From contig NC_043006.1 in assembly GCF_006345805.1 (NCBI RefSeq), positions 70,742,001-70,806,000 on the forward strand: a stretch of DNA of 64,000 nt. The letters are read 5' to 3'. Source of the DNA: Octopus sinensis (taxonomy: Eukaryota). The position numbers were made by a program, and so were the translations under genes. Within the stretch, counting starts at the first letter, position 1. Every line of letters starts with the position of its first letter. The notes below the pieces were generated by a model. The model saw only the letters and a list, made by a program, of their open reading frames with translations, was not told the DNA's origin and ran no database searches. Shown one piece after another: positions 14,280 through 24,619 of the stretch.

Positions 14280-16739
14280 TCAAGTTCATTTAACAACTGT
14301 GTAGTTTTGGGTTCAGTTCCATGATGCTGTACCATCATAGAAATAGCTTCTATTATATAACCCCATATATGTGTGTGTCATTGTGTCTGTTTGTCCTCAA
14401 TTGCCACTTGAGAACAAGAGTTGTGGTGTTTATGGCCCTGTAACTTAGGAGTTTGGCAAAAGAGATTGACAGAATAAATACCTCATATATCATTGTGTGT
14501 GTGTGTGTCTTTTCCAGGGTTTAGGCCAAGCATGGGTAACCTTTTTCAAAAAAGAGGCAACATGAGACATGGCTCCTCACCATTAGATTAGAAAGTTCCT
14601 AGATACATTGTCTGATGAGGTAATCGTGGGTGGAGTGGCTTTGATCAGTAGTCTCAGATCTGACCTGTGGGTAAACCACAACAGTCCACCTCCATTCACC
14701 CTACCTGTTTCTCTCACTGCATTCCACTTCACTCATTCTACCCCCTCACAACCCTAATCTCCTTGAATTCCACTCCCAGCATCAGTCCCACCAGTGAACA
14801 TTGTATCGCCCCTATTTATTCCACTAACATACATGTGAAGGCGCACGGCTGTAGTCAGATGTGTTGCATTCCCTGATGCTGTGTGTTGTATTCTTGGGCA
14901 AAACATTTCATTTCATGCTGGTCCAGTCTACTCAGCTGTAAATGGGTACACCCTGCGACAGTATAGTCTTTCGATCAGGTGGAATGTTGGCCTGTGATTA
15001 CCTAGCCAGCAGAGTGACATCATTCGAAAGCTAAAACAATGCAAAGTGCACTAAGACCAGTGATGTACAACAACAACCAATAGTCTGGTTGCAACCACAT
15101 AGTTTTGGATTTGGTCTCCACAGTGCAGCACCTCAAGCATCTTCTATCATAGCTTTGAGTCAACCAATGCCTTGTGAGTGAATTTGGGAAACAGAAACTG
15201 TATGGAAGATTGTCATATATATGTATACATACATGTATGTGTTTTGTGTCTGTGTTTGTTTACACACACTACTTGACAGCTGGTGTTGGTTTGCTTGTGT
15301 CCTCATAACTTAGCAGTGTGGCAAAGTAGACTGATGAAATACTTGTAAGTACCAGACTTAAAAAAATATATTTTGGGGTCAATTTTTTATTTCACTAAAC
15401 CCCTCAACATGATATCCTAGCATGGTCAAATGAATGAAACAAGTGAAAGCTATGTGCATATGTGTGTTGCATACCAACCATATGGTTCTGGGTTCACTCT
15501 CACTGCGTGGCACCTTGGGCAAGTGTCTTCTACTATAGCCTCAGGTCAACCAAAGCCCTGTGAGTGGATTTGGTAGACGGAAACTGAAAGAAGCCTGTCA
15601 TATATATATATATAGTAAATTAATAACTAAAACATATGCATATATACATACATATATGTACGTACCTACCTCTACATGTATATATATACATGCATATATG
15701 GGTACAGGACACCAAAGAAAACGTCGAACACAATGAGGAACGAAAACATAAACACAAAACCAAGGAACTGGACATTTTTCTTAAACAACAAAAAATTGTG
15801 TGACTGTGTTTGTCCCCCACCATCACTTGACAATTGATGTTGATGTGTTTACATCCCCGTAACTTAGCAGGTCGGCAGAAGGGGCCAATAGAATAAGTAC
15901 TAGGCTTACAAAAGAGTCCTGGGGTTGATTTATTCGACTAAAGGCAGTGCTCCAGTATGGCCACAGTCAAATGACTGAAACCAAAGAATAAAAGAATATA
16001 TATATATATAGTTGCTATCGTCCAAAATGTTGTTTTTCAGAAAACGAAAACATAGTTTCACTATTTCATAGCAAAACCATTGTACTACACTTTGACAATT
16101 TTTTATATCTTGGCATCTGAAGCAACTGGAGATATGATAGTTTGACCAAAAGAACTGGCTATTGCAAGCAAAAATAGATATTGAATAAAAAAACGCATTT
16201 GGTCAAATTTAGACATACGACAGTTTAACATAATAGCAACAATATGTATTTGTTTTTATTCTTTGATCTTATGATGAAAGGGATTTCACCATTCCACTTG
16301 TGACTATCATCATGTAATCATAAATATGTTATGTTAGAACATATTTATGATTACATGATTTAATATGCCCTTTATATAAGACAGTAGGGTATAATTTGAG
16401 GGAAATCTGTGTGCTATTTCTAGCTGAACAACACGAGCACGCACGCACGCACACACACAGATAAATAGTCAGTCTGACAGATAGAGGCACAGAAAATCTC
16501 AAAGTGCTTAGATGTGGAATCCAGCCTGTCATATTGGCATGGGAGAGATTATCTCCCCTTTGTCACTTTCTTGAACTACTTTTATTTTGTGATGTGTGTG
16601 AGAGATAGAAAGAGATGTAATACACACACATACACACACACACGCACTCACTGATAAAGCTTGAACAAGTACAAAACTCAGAGTAGCTAAGGAGTGAGTC
16701 ACCAACTGAGATGTGTGTGTGTAAGCAAAAACACTCATT

Positions 16740-16774
<35 letters not shown>

Positions 16775-18421
16775 TAGAAGAAATGTGGTACTCAGAAATT
16801 CGGATGGTTTTTATATTCACAGATATTTATTTGTATATTACATGTTTTTATACATCATATAACTTAGATCATATATTAGCGCTTTCTCCCATTCTAGTGG
16901 GGTTTTCAAATCGAACTAAGTATATATATATAAATCCTTAAAAATCCTTTAAAATGTTTTAGCCCGAAGGCTGCGACCATGCTGGGGCACCATATATATA
17001 TATATATATATATACACATACATACATACACATAGCTAGAATCACTACCCAACAAAACCAATACTGCTGTTCCCCCACCACCAGGAATGCCCTCGTTCCC
17101 CTTCTGACTATCATTAGTAGTTGTAGTAGTAGCAGTATCCCAGCATCTCCCCTCCATGGCCATCTTGTTAGCTTGGTGGTGACAAGTTCCTGAACATTTT
17201 GTCTTTTCCCAAGAATTTCGAATTTCTTCAGATCCATTCTCAGCCACCCCCTCCCGACCATCATCCTCCACCAGTTCTGTACCAACAAAATAATTTCCAC
17301 ATTGGCACATCATAACCTGTTAGAAATAGCAGCCGAATCTGACCTGAATCGCACCCTACCCTCCTAAAGAATCAAAAATGTTAAAACTCATTCGTTAGTG
17401 TGGTCCCTGACAGGGGTAGTGGCTAGCCGGGGAGCTAACATGGGACCAGAAGCAACAGCATCGCCTCCACTATCACCCTTATTATCACCACTATCACCAC
17501 TTCAAGTAAAGGTTGGTATTAACTTCATCATCAAATTCACCACCATCACCACCACATCCATCACTCCACCATCATCGGCATCATCATCCTTAATCTCCAT
17601 CATCACCCTTGTCATCATCATTGCCACCACCACCACCATCTCCATGGAAGTAATGGAGATGTCTTGGCAGGATTTAATTTTTCTTTCTGACGTCACACAA
17701 TTTTAACTCCGCCGCCACCACCACCACTACATAACTGTGCCCCCTCCCCCATGCACTCTGTGTATCTCCCTACTCACCCATACACCGTTCTGTACAATTT
17801 TCCTTTCTATGTAACATCTACCCCCACCACCACCACCATCTCCTATTTCCTTGTCTTTCCTTTCTTTCTTGCTATCCTCTACTTCTCAATCTCAGAGCTA
17901 CCATATCTCTTCACCCTCTCCTCCACATCACCTCCCTCATATTGTTCTCTCTCTCTCTCTCTCTTTCTCTCTCTCAATATTTTTATTTCCTACTCCTCCT
18001 CCACTTCTTGCTCCCCCCTGCATCTATGCCTCCCCTCCCCATCTCACATTATTCTTACTCCGTGTCAGTACACTGCCCCTCTCTTTCTCTTCACTTTCCA
18101 TTGACACTCTCTCCTCCTCTTCCTCTCCCTCTCATTACCATCAACTATTTCTCTTTCTCTTCTCACCACCACCACCATCACCATTTCCACTCACTTGGTG
18201 TTCTTCTTACCTCATCTTCCTCCTTTCCCCTTCATTTCCCATGTCCTATATATTCACTACACCACCACCACCGTCAACACCACCAGAGGAAACAAACAGA
18301 GAGAGTGTGGAAAGTAGGGAAGTGGGTAAAGAGGGTGGTAAGTAAAGGGAAAAGTTAAAATATTGTTGGTTTTAAATATTAAATCTCACTCTGTGTGTAT
18401 ATCTACATACGTACATACTTA

Positions 18422-20233
18422 TGAGGGATGTACGGAAATTAATACAAAAGTGGGCATAACCTTTTTTATTAACTGACATATGTCATTCAACTTGCGTTTA
18501 TTGATAGAGTAACTCTTCCTCTCTAGTAATTCTTCTTCCTGTTCTTCTTCATCACAGGCAAACAATAGGTTCCAAGCTTAAGTAACATGTTATAGAGTTC
18601 TTGACAAAAGACAGGGTTGCAGGTTGTCCAGGCCTTCTGACATCCACTGAGGGCTCTGATTTGTTCACAGCAGTAGTTCTCAATCATTTTTTTTTTTTAC
18701 CTATAGACCTCTTTGATTCCTATTTTGCTTGGTTGAACCCTTGTAGCCATTCATCATCATCATCATCTTCAGCAACAGCAGCATCATCATTGTTAAACAT
18801 CTGCCTTCCATGCTGGCATGGGTTGGACAGTTTGACAGGAACTGGCCAGGCAGAAAACTGCACCAGACTTCTGTGTCTAATTTGGCATGATTTTTACAGC
18901 TGGATGCCCTTCCTAACACCAACCATCCCACAGAGTGGACTTTGTGCTTTTTCATGTGACACCAGCACAGGCGAGGTCAGATTTGGCATGGTTTTTACAG
19001 CTGGATGCTCTTCCAAATGCCAACCATTTTACAGTCTGGACTTGATGCTTTCTATGTGACACCAGCATTGGCAGGGTCACCAAGTAACTTCAGTGTTTAA
19101 AAAATGTTATTGTATTTTCATTATTAGGGATCTTATTAAAATTCTTAAAATATTAAGAGCATTGTATGAAGTGTAAGCAATTTATTGGATATAAATTTTA
19201 ACGAAAAGCCTTATATGGATTTTGGTTGAGAACCACTCGTCCACAGAGATGGCACCACTGACCAGAGCATTGTGCGCTGAAGATGGGTGAAGAAGTTTAA
19301 GGAAATGAAAACTAGCTTTGAAGTCAAACCATGCAATGGGAGATGATCAACTGACATGAATGTCCAATGAGCGGATGAATCGATCCATGCAGACAAGTCA
19401 CAATCCATAAGCTTGTTGCATGACTAGTTGTGGTCACAATGCAATAGAGTAGATGGTGGAAGACTTTGGGCATAAGAAAATGTATGCAAAGTGAGTACTT
19501 CAGACATTGGCACCTAATTTGAAAAGGTGAAAGGTGGAAGTCAGTTCTGATCTGTTGGAAACATTTGAAGCCAAAGAAGATGTCATATTTTATCACTCTG
19601 GCAACAGGTAATGAAATATGGGTATATCTTTTTGATCCAAAGATGAAGGGTTCAGTTCATAGAATGGTATCACATATTTTCAAGAGATAAGAGGACAAGA
19701 GCCAGAAACCAGTAAAGATAGTTATGGTGATAAAAGAGCATCATTCTCCTTGATTTTCTGGAGCATGACTGTACCACTAAGGGTGAGGTGAACAAGCTCA
19801 GAGAAGCTATTAGGAAGAAGAAACCACACAAGAATTTTAAAATGATTGACGTTCGACACACATTTTTGGCAACAAATTAGGCTGGTCAGTAGTTTTGCTT
19901 GTCTACCATACAGCTTGGATCTGATACTTTCCAACTTCCTCCTGTTTGATCCAATGAAGGACAGTTTTCAGGAACAATGATTTGATGACACGGATGTGAT
20001 GAAAGTAACTGTGAAGAAGTAGGTACAACATTGCACATCTGAATATTTCCAAAGAGGGTTTGAGAGTTGGGTTTAATGAAGGTGTATATGCATTGCCTGT
20101 GTTGGAGACTATGTTGAGTAGGGGCTTTGTGTAGAGGAAGAATTACTCTACCAATATGGTACAATTTGAACAAACTATGTCAGTTAATGAAAAGGTTATG
20201 CTCACTTTTGCATTACTTTCAGTATAACCCTTA
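18422..20233 (+). mobile_element. Decayed Tc1/mariner (mariner-type) DNA transposon
   Basis: Imperfect TIRs of about 60 bp (tgagggatgtacggaaattaatacaaaagtgggcataacc...attaactgacata at 18422; reverse complement at 20176-20233), both flanked by TA. Plus-strand transposase remnants: K*HVIEFLTKD (~18585), RWVKKFKE (~19285), ATGNEIWVYLFDP (~19600, cf. VTGDETWVYHYDP) and PYSLDLILSNFLLFDPMK (~19905, cf. YSPDLAPSDFHLF). Many stops and frameshifts. Confidence 0.85.
18671..19238. mobile_element. hAT-like MITE inserted into the mariner, itself carrying an RTE-tail repeat (~18750-19090)
   Basis: TIRs cagtagttctcaa / ttgagaaccactc, with an 8-bp TSD gttcacag (18663-70) / gtccacag (19239-46). Related pieces occur at about 32000-32260 and 60100-60340. 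Confidence 0.75.
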
Positions 20234-20340
20234 TATATATATATATGCAACATCCGTAGGAGTTGCTGTGTGGTAAGTAGCTTGCTTACCAACAACATGG
20301 GTGCCAGTCGTCGAATTTGGTTCCATTTCGAATTCAAATT

Positions 20341-20392
<52 letters not shown>

Positions 20393-20453
20393 CAATAGGT
20401 GAATGAATTATCCTATGTTTATCGTCAGCATGGAAAATTGCCGAGAGAGGCTC

Positions 20454-20546
20454 CCTTTCTTTCCTGATGAGAAGATTGCATCATACACCCTTTATTCCTT
20501 TGGAATGAAACCATGTGGTCTTCGAAACATATGTCGAAAGTAAAGG
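20454..20546 (+). ncRNA. Type I hammerhead ribozyme (HHR-A) with long stem II and minimal palindromic stem III
   Basis: Stem I: cctttctttc (20454-63) pairs with gaaagtaaagg (20536-46), one bulge. Core CTGATGA at 20464-70. Stem II: gaagattgcat pairs with atgtggtcttc (11 bp including G-U) and encloses a ttattcc/ggaatga hairpin. GAAA at 20524-27. Stem III AC-atat-GT (palindrome acatatgt). GTC triplet predicts cleavage after 20535. Confidence 0.85.
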
Positions 20547-20904
20547 AATTTTGTTAACATCTTCGTTCGACTCCATTCTTTCATTTATTCATATATATAT
20601 ATATATATATATAATCCGTAATAATGAAGGGTGAAATTAATTAATTTGGAATAATTATCAATTACACCAAGTAGTCTTCGGCATGTAAAAGCCTCATTCG
20701 AGGAAAATTTAAGTAATACTAAGCAATAAAGGGTTTAGCAACGAATTGCCTCACCACATACCGAATTTAGAAATAGCAGTCAAAGAGTTATAGCTATTTC
20801 TTCTACTAAAAAGGGAGATCTCAGTAAAAACAGCAATTGGAAGGCAGACACAAACAGGTAAGAGAGAATGAATTGACGGCACTCTATCATACAATTTTAA
20901 GTTA

Positions 20905-21005
20905 TCTACGGACGTACGTTTCGAAATCAAGTTTTTAGGAAAGCATAAGAATTAAATATTAAATAATTCTATCTTACCAAAAACTTCTTTTCTCTTCAGC
21001 GTAGA
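20905..21005 (-). ncRNA. Type I hammerhead ribozyme (HHR-B), copy 1 of tandem array
   Basis: Minus strand reads tctacg-CTGAAGA-gaaaagaagtttttgg...agaatta/taattct hairpin...ctaaaaacttgatttc-GAAAC-gtac-GTC-cgtaga. It has a 6-bp perfect stem I, an intact core, a long stem II with a 2x2 internal loop, and a palindromic stem III (acgtacgt). Predicted cut between 20911 and 20910. Confidence 0.88.
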
Positions 21006-21495
21006 ATACTATAATCATAAATGATTTATATTGAATTTTGAGATACTAGAAGGCACCAACTCAACTCAGTATCAGAGCGAGCTAGAATCCGCAACTAGTA
21101 TCACCGAATTCAATGTGTGAATGGAAAGATTGTGTCACCAGCCCCTTCCCACCCGCGTGTAGCCAAACAAGATGCTGTGGTCGTCTACTGAGATAAAATA
21201 TGGTTATCCGTAATAATGAAGGGTGAAATTAATTAATTTGGAATAATTATCAATTACACAAGTAGTCTTCGGCATGTAAAAGCCTCATTCGAGGAAAATT
21301 TAAGTAATACTAAGCAATAAAGGGTTTAGCAACGAATTGCCTCACCACATACCGAATTTAGAAATAGCAGTCAAAGAGTTATAGCTATTTCTTCTACTAA
21401 AAAGGGAGATCTCAGTAAAAACAGCAATTGGAAGGCAGACACAAACAGGTAAGAGAGAATGAATTGACGGCAATCTATCATACAATTTTAAGTTA

Positions 21496-21596
21496 TCTAC
21501 GGACGTACGTTTCGAAATCAAGTTTTTAGGAAAGCATAAGAATTAAATATTAAATAATTCTATCTTACCAAAAACTTCTTTTCTCTTCAGCGTAGA
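21496..21596 (-). ncRNA. HHR-B copy 2
   Basis: Same sequence as copy 1 across the core and stems. Confidence 0.88.
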
Positions 21597-22087
21597 ATAC
21601 TATAATCATAAATGATTATATATTGAATTTTGAGATACTAGAAGGCACCAACTCAACTCAGTATCAGAGCGAGCTAGAATCCGCAACTAGTATCACCGAA
21701 TTCAATGTGTGAATGGAAAGATTGTGTCACCAGCCCCTTCCCACCCGCGTGTAGCCAAACAAGATGCTGTGGTCGTCTACTGAGATAAAATATGGTTATC
21801 CGTAATAATGAAGGGTGAAATTAATTAATTTGGAATAATTATCAATTACACCAAGTAGTCTTCGGCATGTAAAAGCCTCATTCGAGGAAAATTTAAGTAA
21901 TACTAAGCAATAAAGGTTTAGCAACGAATTGCCTCACCACATACCGAATTTAGAAATAGCAGTCAAAGAGTTATAGCTATTTCTTCTACTAAAAAGGGAG
22001 ATCTCAGTAAAAACAGCAATTGGAAGGCAGACACAAACAGGTAAGAGAGAATGAATTGACGGCAATCTATCATACAATTTTAAGTTA

Positions 22088-22188
22088 TCTACGGACGTAC
22101 GTTTCGAAATCAAGTTTTTAGGAAAGCATAAGAATTAAATATTAAATAATTCTATCTTACCAAAAACTTCTTTTCTCTTCAGCGTAGA
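22088..22188 (-). ncRNA. HHR-B copy 3
   Basis: Same sequence as copy 1 across the core and stems. Confidence 0.88.
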
Positions 22189-22680
22189 ATACTATAATCA
22201 TAAATGATTATATATTGAATTTTGAGATACTAGAAGGCACCAACTCAACTCAGTATCAGAGCGAGCTAGAATCCGCAACTAGTATCACCGAATTCAATGT
22301 GTGAATGGAAAGATTGTGTCACCAGCCCCTTCCCACCCGCGTGTAGCCAAACAAGATGCTGTGGTCGTCTACTGAGATAAAATATGGTTATCCGTAATAA
22401 TGAAGGGTGAAATTAATTAATTTGGAATAATTATCAATTACACCAAGTAGTCTTCGGCATGTAAAAGCCTCATTCGAGGAAAATTTAAGTAATACTAAGC
22501 AATAAAGGGTTTAGCAACGAATTGCCTCACCACATACCGAATTTAGAAATAGCAGTCAAAGAGTTATAGCTATTTCTTCTACTAAAAAGGGAGATCTCAG
22601 TAAAAACAGCAATTGGAAGGCAGACACAAACAGGTAAGAGAGAATGAATTGACGGCAATCTATCATACAATTTTAAGTTA

Positions 22681-22780
22681 TCTACGGACGTACGTTCGAA
22701 ATCAAGTTTTTAGGAAAGCATAAGAATTAAATATTAAATAATTCTATCTTACCAAAAACTTCTTTTCTCTTCAGCGTAGA
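22681..22780 (-). ncRNA. HHR-B copy 4, one A missing from the GAAA motif
   Basis: Plus strand reads gacgtacgttcgaaatc rather than gacgtacgtttcgaaatc, so the minus strand has GAAC instead of GAAAC. This is either an inactivating deletion or a homopolymer sequencing error. Confidence 0.65.
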
Positions 22781-22874
22781 ATACTATAATCATAAATGAT
22801 TATATATTGAATTTTGAGATACTAGAAGGCACCAACTCAACTCTGTATCAGAGCGAGCTAGAATCCGCTAAAAA

Positions 22875-23098
22875 CCTAAAAACTTGATTTCGAAACGTAC
22901 ATCCGTAGATAACTTAAAATTGTATGATAGATTGCCGTCAATTCATTCTCTCTTACCTGTTTGTGTCTGCCTTCCAATTGCTGTTTTTACTGAGATCTCC
23001 CTTTTTAGTAGAAGAAATAGCTATAACTCTTTGACTGCTATTTCTAAATTCAGTATGTGGTGAGGCAATTCGTTGCTAAACCCTTTATTGCTTAGTAT
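22875..23098 (+). repeat. Inverted partial copy (~224 bp) of the 592-bp monomer
   Basis: cctaaaaacttgatttcgaaacgtacatccgtag...ccctttattgcttagtat is the reverse complement of the monomer segment at about 20716-20939. It abuts the truncated fourth copy and is followed by (TA)n. Confidence 0.9.
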
Positions 23099-23739
23099 AT
23101 ATATATATATATATAAAATCCAATAAGTTACAAAATAAAGTCTTGCCTATTTTGATATTGCCTTCTCTTCAAGAGAAGAATAAAGTGCCCTGTGGTAATT
23201 GCGACCAACTCGAAATGAGAAGAGGAGATAATTTTGAGAATTAAAATTCTTGTAAAATTGACATCATTAAGAAAAAAGACTGTCTCTGTCTGGAGATAAG
23301 AGAGCAGGTGTAGTCACAGATTTTTTGCTTACATTAGATTAGATTACATCATATACATAAATAGGTAGAGTGCTGGAAGGATGGGCAGTCAGGTGGGCTG
23401 ATGTAATAAAACCTGAATGTGACCAAAGATGTTATCTTGGCTGTCAAGGATCACAACTACCCACCTCTCTCCATATGTCTATTAGAATTAACTTTTTGTT
23501 AATTATAACTTTGAAAGTTCTCTTTCTTGACATCTCCTCAAAACACTAATTATTTGTATTCTCATTCAGATTGTAATTTCAGTTAATTGGAAATTATTTT
23601 CTTCTCACCACCTTAAGTATGGCAGCCTTCACACTTAGCTATATGTTCTTCATGTAAAAGGGACTTTGGGGAAATTTTCCTACGTTTATGTGTGTGTGTG
23701 TGTAAAATGATGATGATGTCCCACCCAAACCAGTATGGA

Positions 23740-24170
23740 AGGTGAATGTTAACGATGATATATATTATCCAAATGTGGTTGATGTCAGTGCCCTCCAACT
23801 GGGTCCCATGCCAGTGGCACATAAATGCACCATCCGAACGTGGTCGATGCCAGTGCCCCTCAACTGGCTTCTGCGCCAGTGGCACATAAAATGCACCATC
23901 CGAACTGGTTCCTGTGCCTGTGGCACGTAAAAAGCACTATCCGAATGTGATCAATGTCAGGGTTGCCTGACTGGCTCCCGTGCCAGTGGCACATAAAATG
24001 CACCTACTACACTCTCAGAGTGGTTGACGTTAGGAAGGACATCCAGCTATAGAAACATTGTCAGATCAAATTGGAGCCTGGTGCAACTGCTGGCTTTCCA
24101 GACCTCAGTCAAACCATCTGACACATGCCAGCATGGAAAACAAACGTTAAACAATGATGATGATGATGTT
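23740..24170 (+). mobile_element. RTE-tail-derived repeat (family C) with internal ~65-bp tandem units
   Basis: About four units of ccgaacgtgg...gccagtggcacataaaatgcaccat, then the RTE-type tail catgccagcatggaaa...gttaaac..gatgatgat. Similar copies at ~32490-32830 and 62175-62530. Confidence 0.7.
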
Positions 24171-24182
24171 ATATATATATAG

Positions 24183-24345
24183 GCATAGGAGTGGCTGTGT
24201 GGTAAGTAGCTGCTTACCAACCACATGGTTCCAAGTTCAGTCCCACTGCATGGCACCTTGGTCAAGTGTCTTCTACTATATCCTTGGGCCGACCAAAGCC
24301 TTGTGAGAGGATTTGGTAGACAGAAGCTGAAAGAAGCCCATCATA

Positions 24346-24398
<53 letters not shown>

Positions 24399-24610
24399 AT
24401 ATATATATGTTTGTGTGTCTGAGTTTGTCCCCCCAACATCACTTGACAACCTGGTGTGTTTACGTCCCCATAACTTAGCGGTTCAGCAAAAGAGACCGAT
24501 AGAATAAGTACTAGGCATACAAAGAATAAGTCATAGGGTCAGTTTGCTCAACTAAAAAGGGCGGTGCTCCAGCATGGCCACACTCAAATGACTGAAACAA
24601 GTAAAAGAGT
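24183..24610 (+). mobile_element. tRNA-derived SINE, family B (near full length)
   Basis: ggcataggagtggctgtgtggtaagtagc...gttcagtccc...(TA)n(TG)n...aaatgactgaaacaagtaaaag. Confidence 0.85.
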
Positions 24611-24619
24611 TTATATATA

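Larger units (their letters stand above)
20614..22868 (-). mobile_element. Tandem array of ~592-bp HHR-bearing monomers (retrozyme-like or Penelope-like pseudo-LTR repeat), 3.8 copies
   Basis: The string atccgtaataatgaagggtg recurs at 20614, 21206, 21798 and 22390 (period 592). Copies differ mainly by single-base indels. No ORF of 60 aa or more, one HHR per unit, and a (TA)n run on the left. Confidence 0.85.

Noticed and set aside
14611-14640. CTGATGAG motif
   Set aside because: No downstream GAAA/stem III or pairing arms were found.
16011-16240. Possible MITE with gttgctat/atagcaac ends
   Set aside because: The inverted match is only 8 bp, with no TSD and no second copy in the window.
16906-17313. 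135-aa minus-strand ORF
   Set aside because: It has no recognisable domain, ends in microsatellite, and has no convincing splice sites.
19211-20343. Cluster of minus-strand ORFs suggesting a gene
   Set aside because: They are antisense frames of the decayed + strand mariner transposase.
20670-20710. Second HHR-like motif in the monomer (minus strand cctcgaatgaGGC-ttttacat-GCCgaagac)
   Set aside because: The core is non-canonical (CGAAUGA, GAAG), and I could not find stem I or stem III pairing.
21030-21120. Short + strand frame LNFEILEGTNSTQYQSELESATSITEFNV, vaguely like a PLE GIY-YIG C-terminus
   Set aside because: It is only about 30 codons, has no GIY/YIG motif and is antisense to the HHR. 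The similarity is too weak without a profile search.
20614-22868. CRISPR-like array or simple satellite
   Set aside because: There are no unique spacers, the units are 592 bp, the context is eukaryotic, and each unit holds a structured ribozyme.
23160-23230. ctcttcaagagaag...ctcgaaatgagaagagg beside the array, superficially HHR-like
   Set aside because: It lacks a CUGANGA core and a cleavage triplet in register on either strand.
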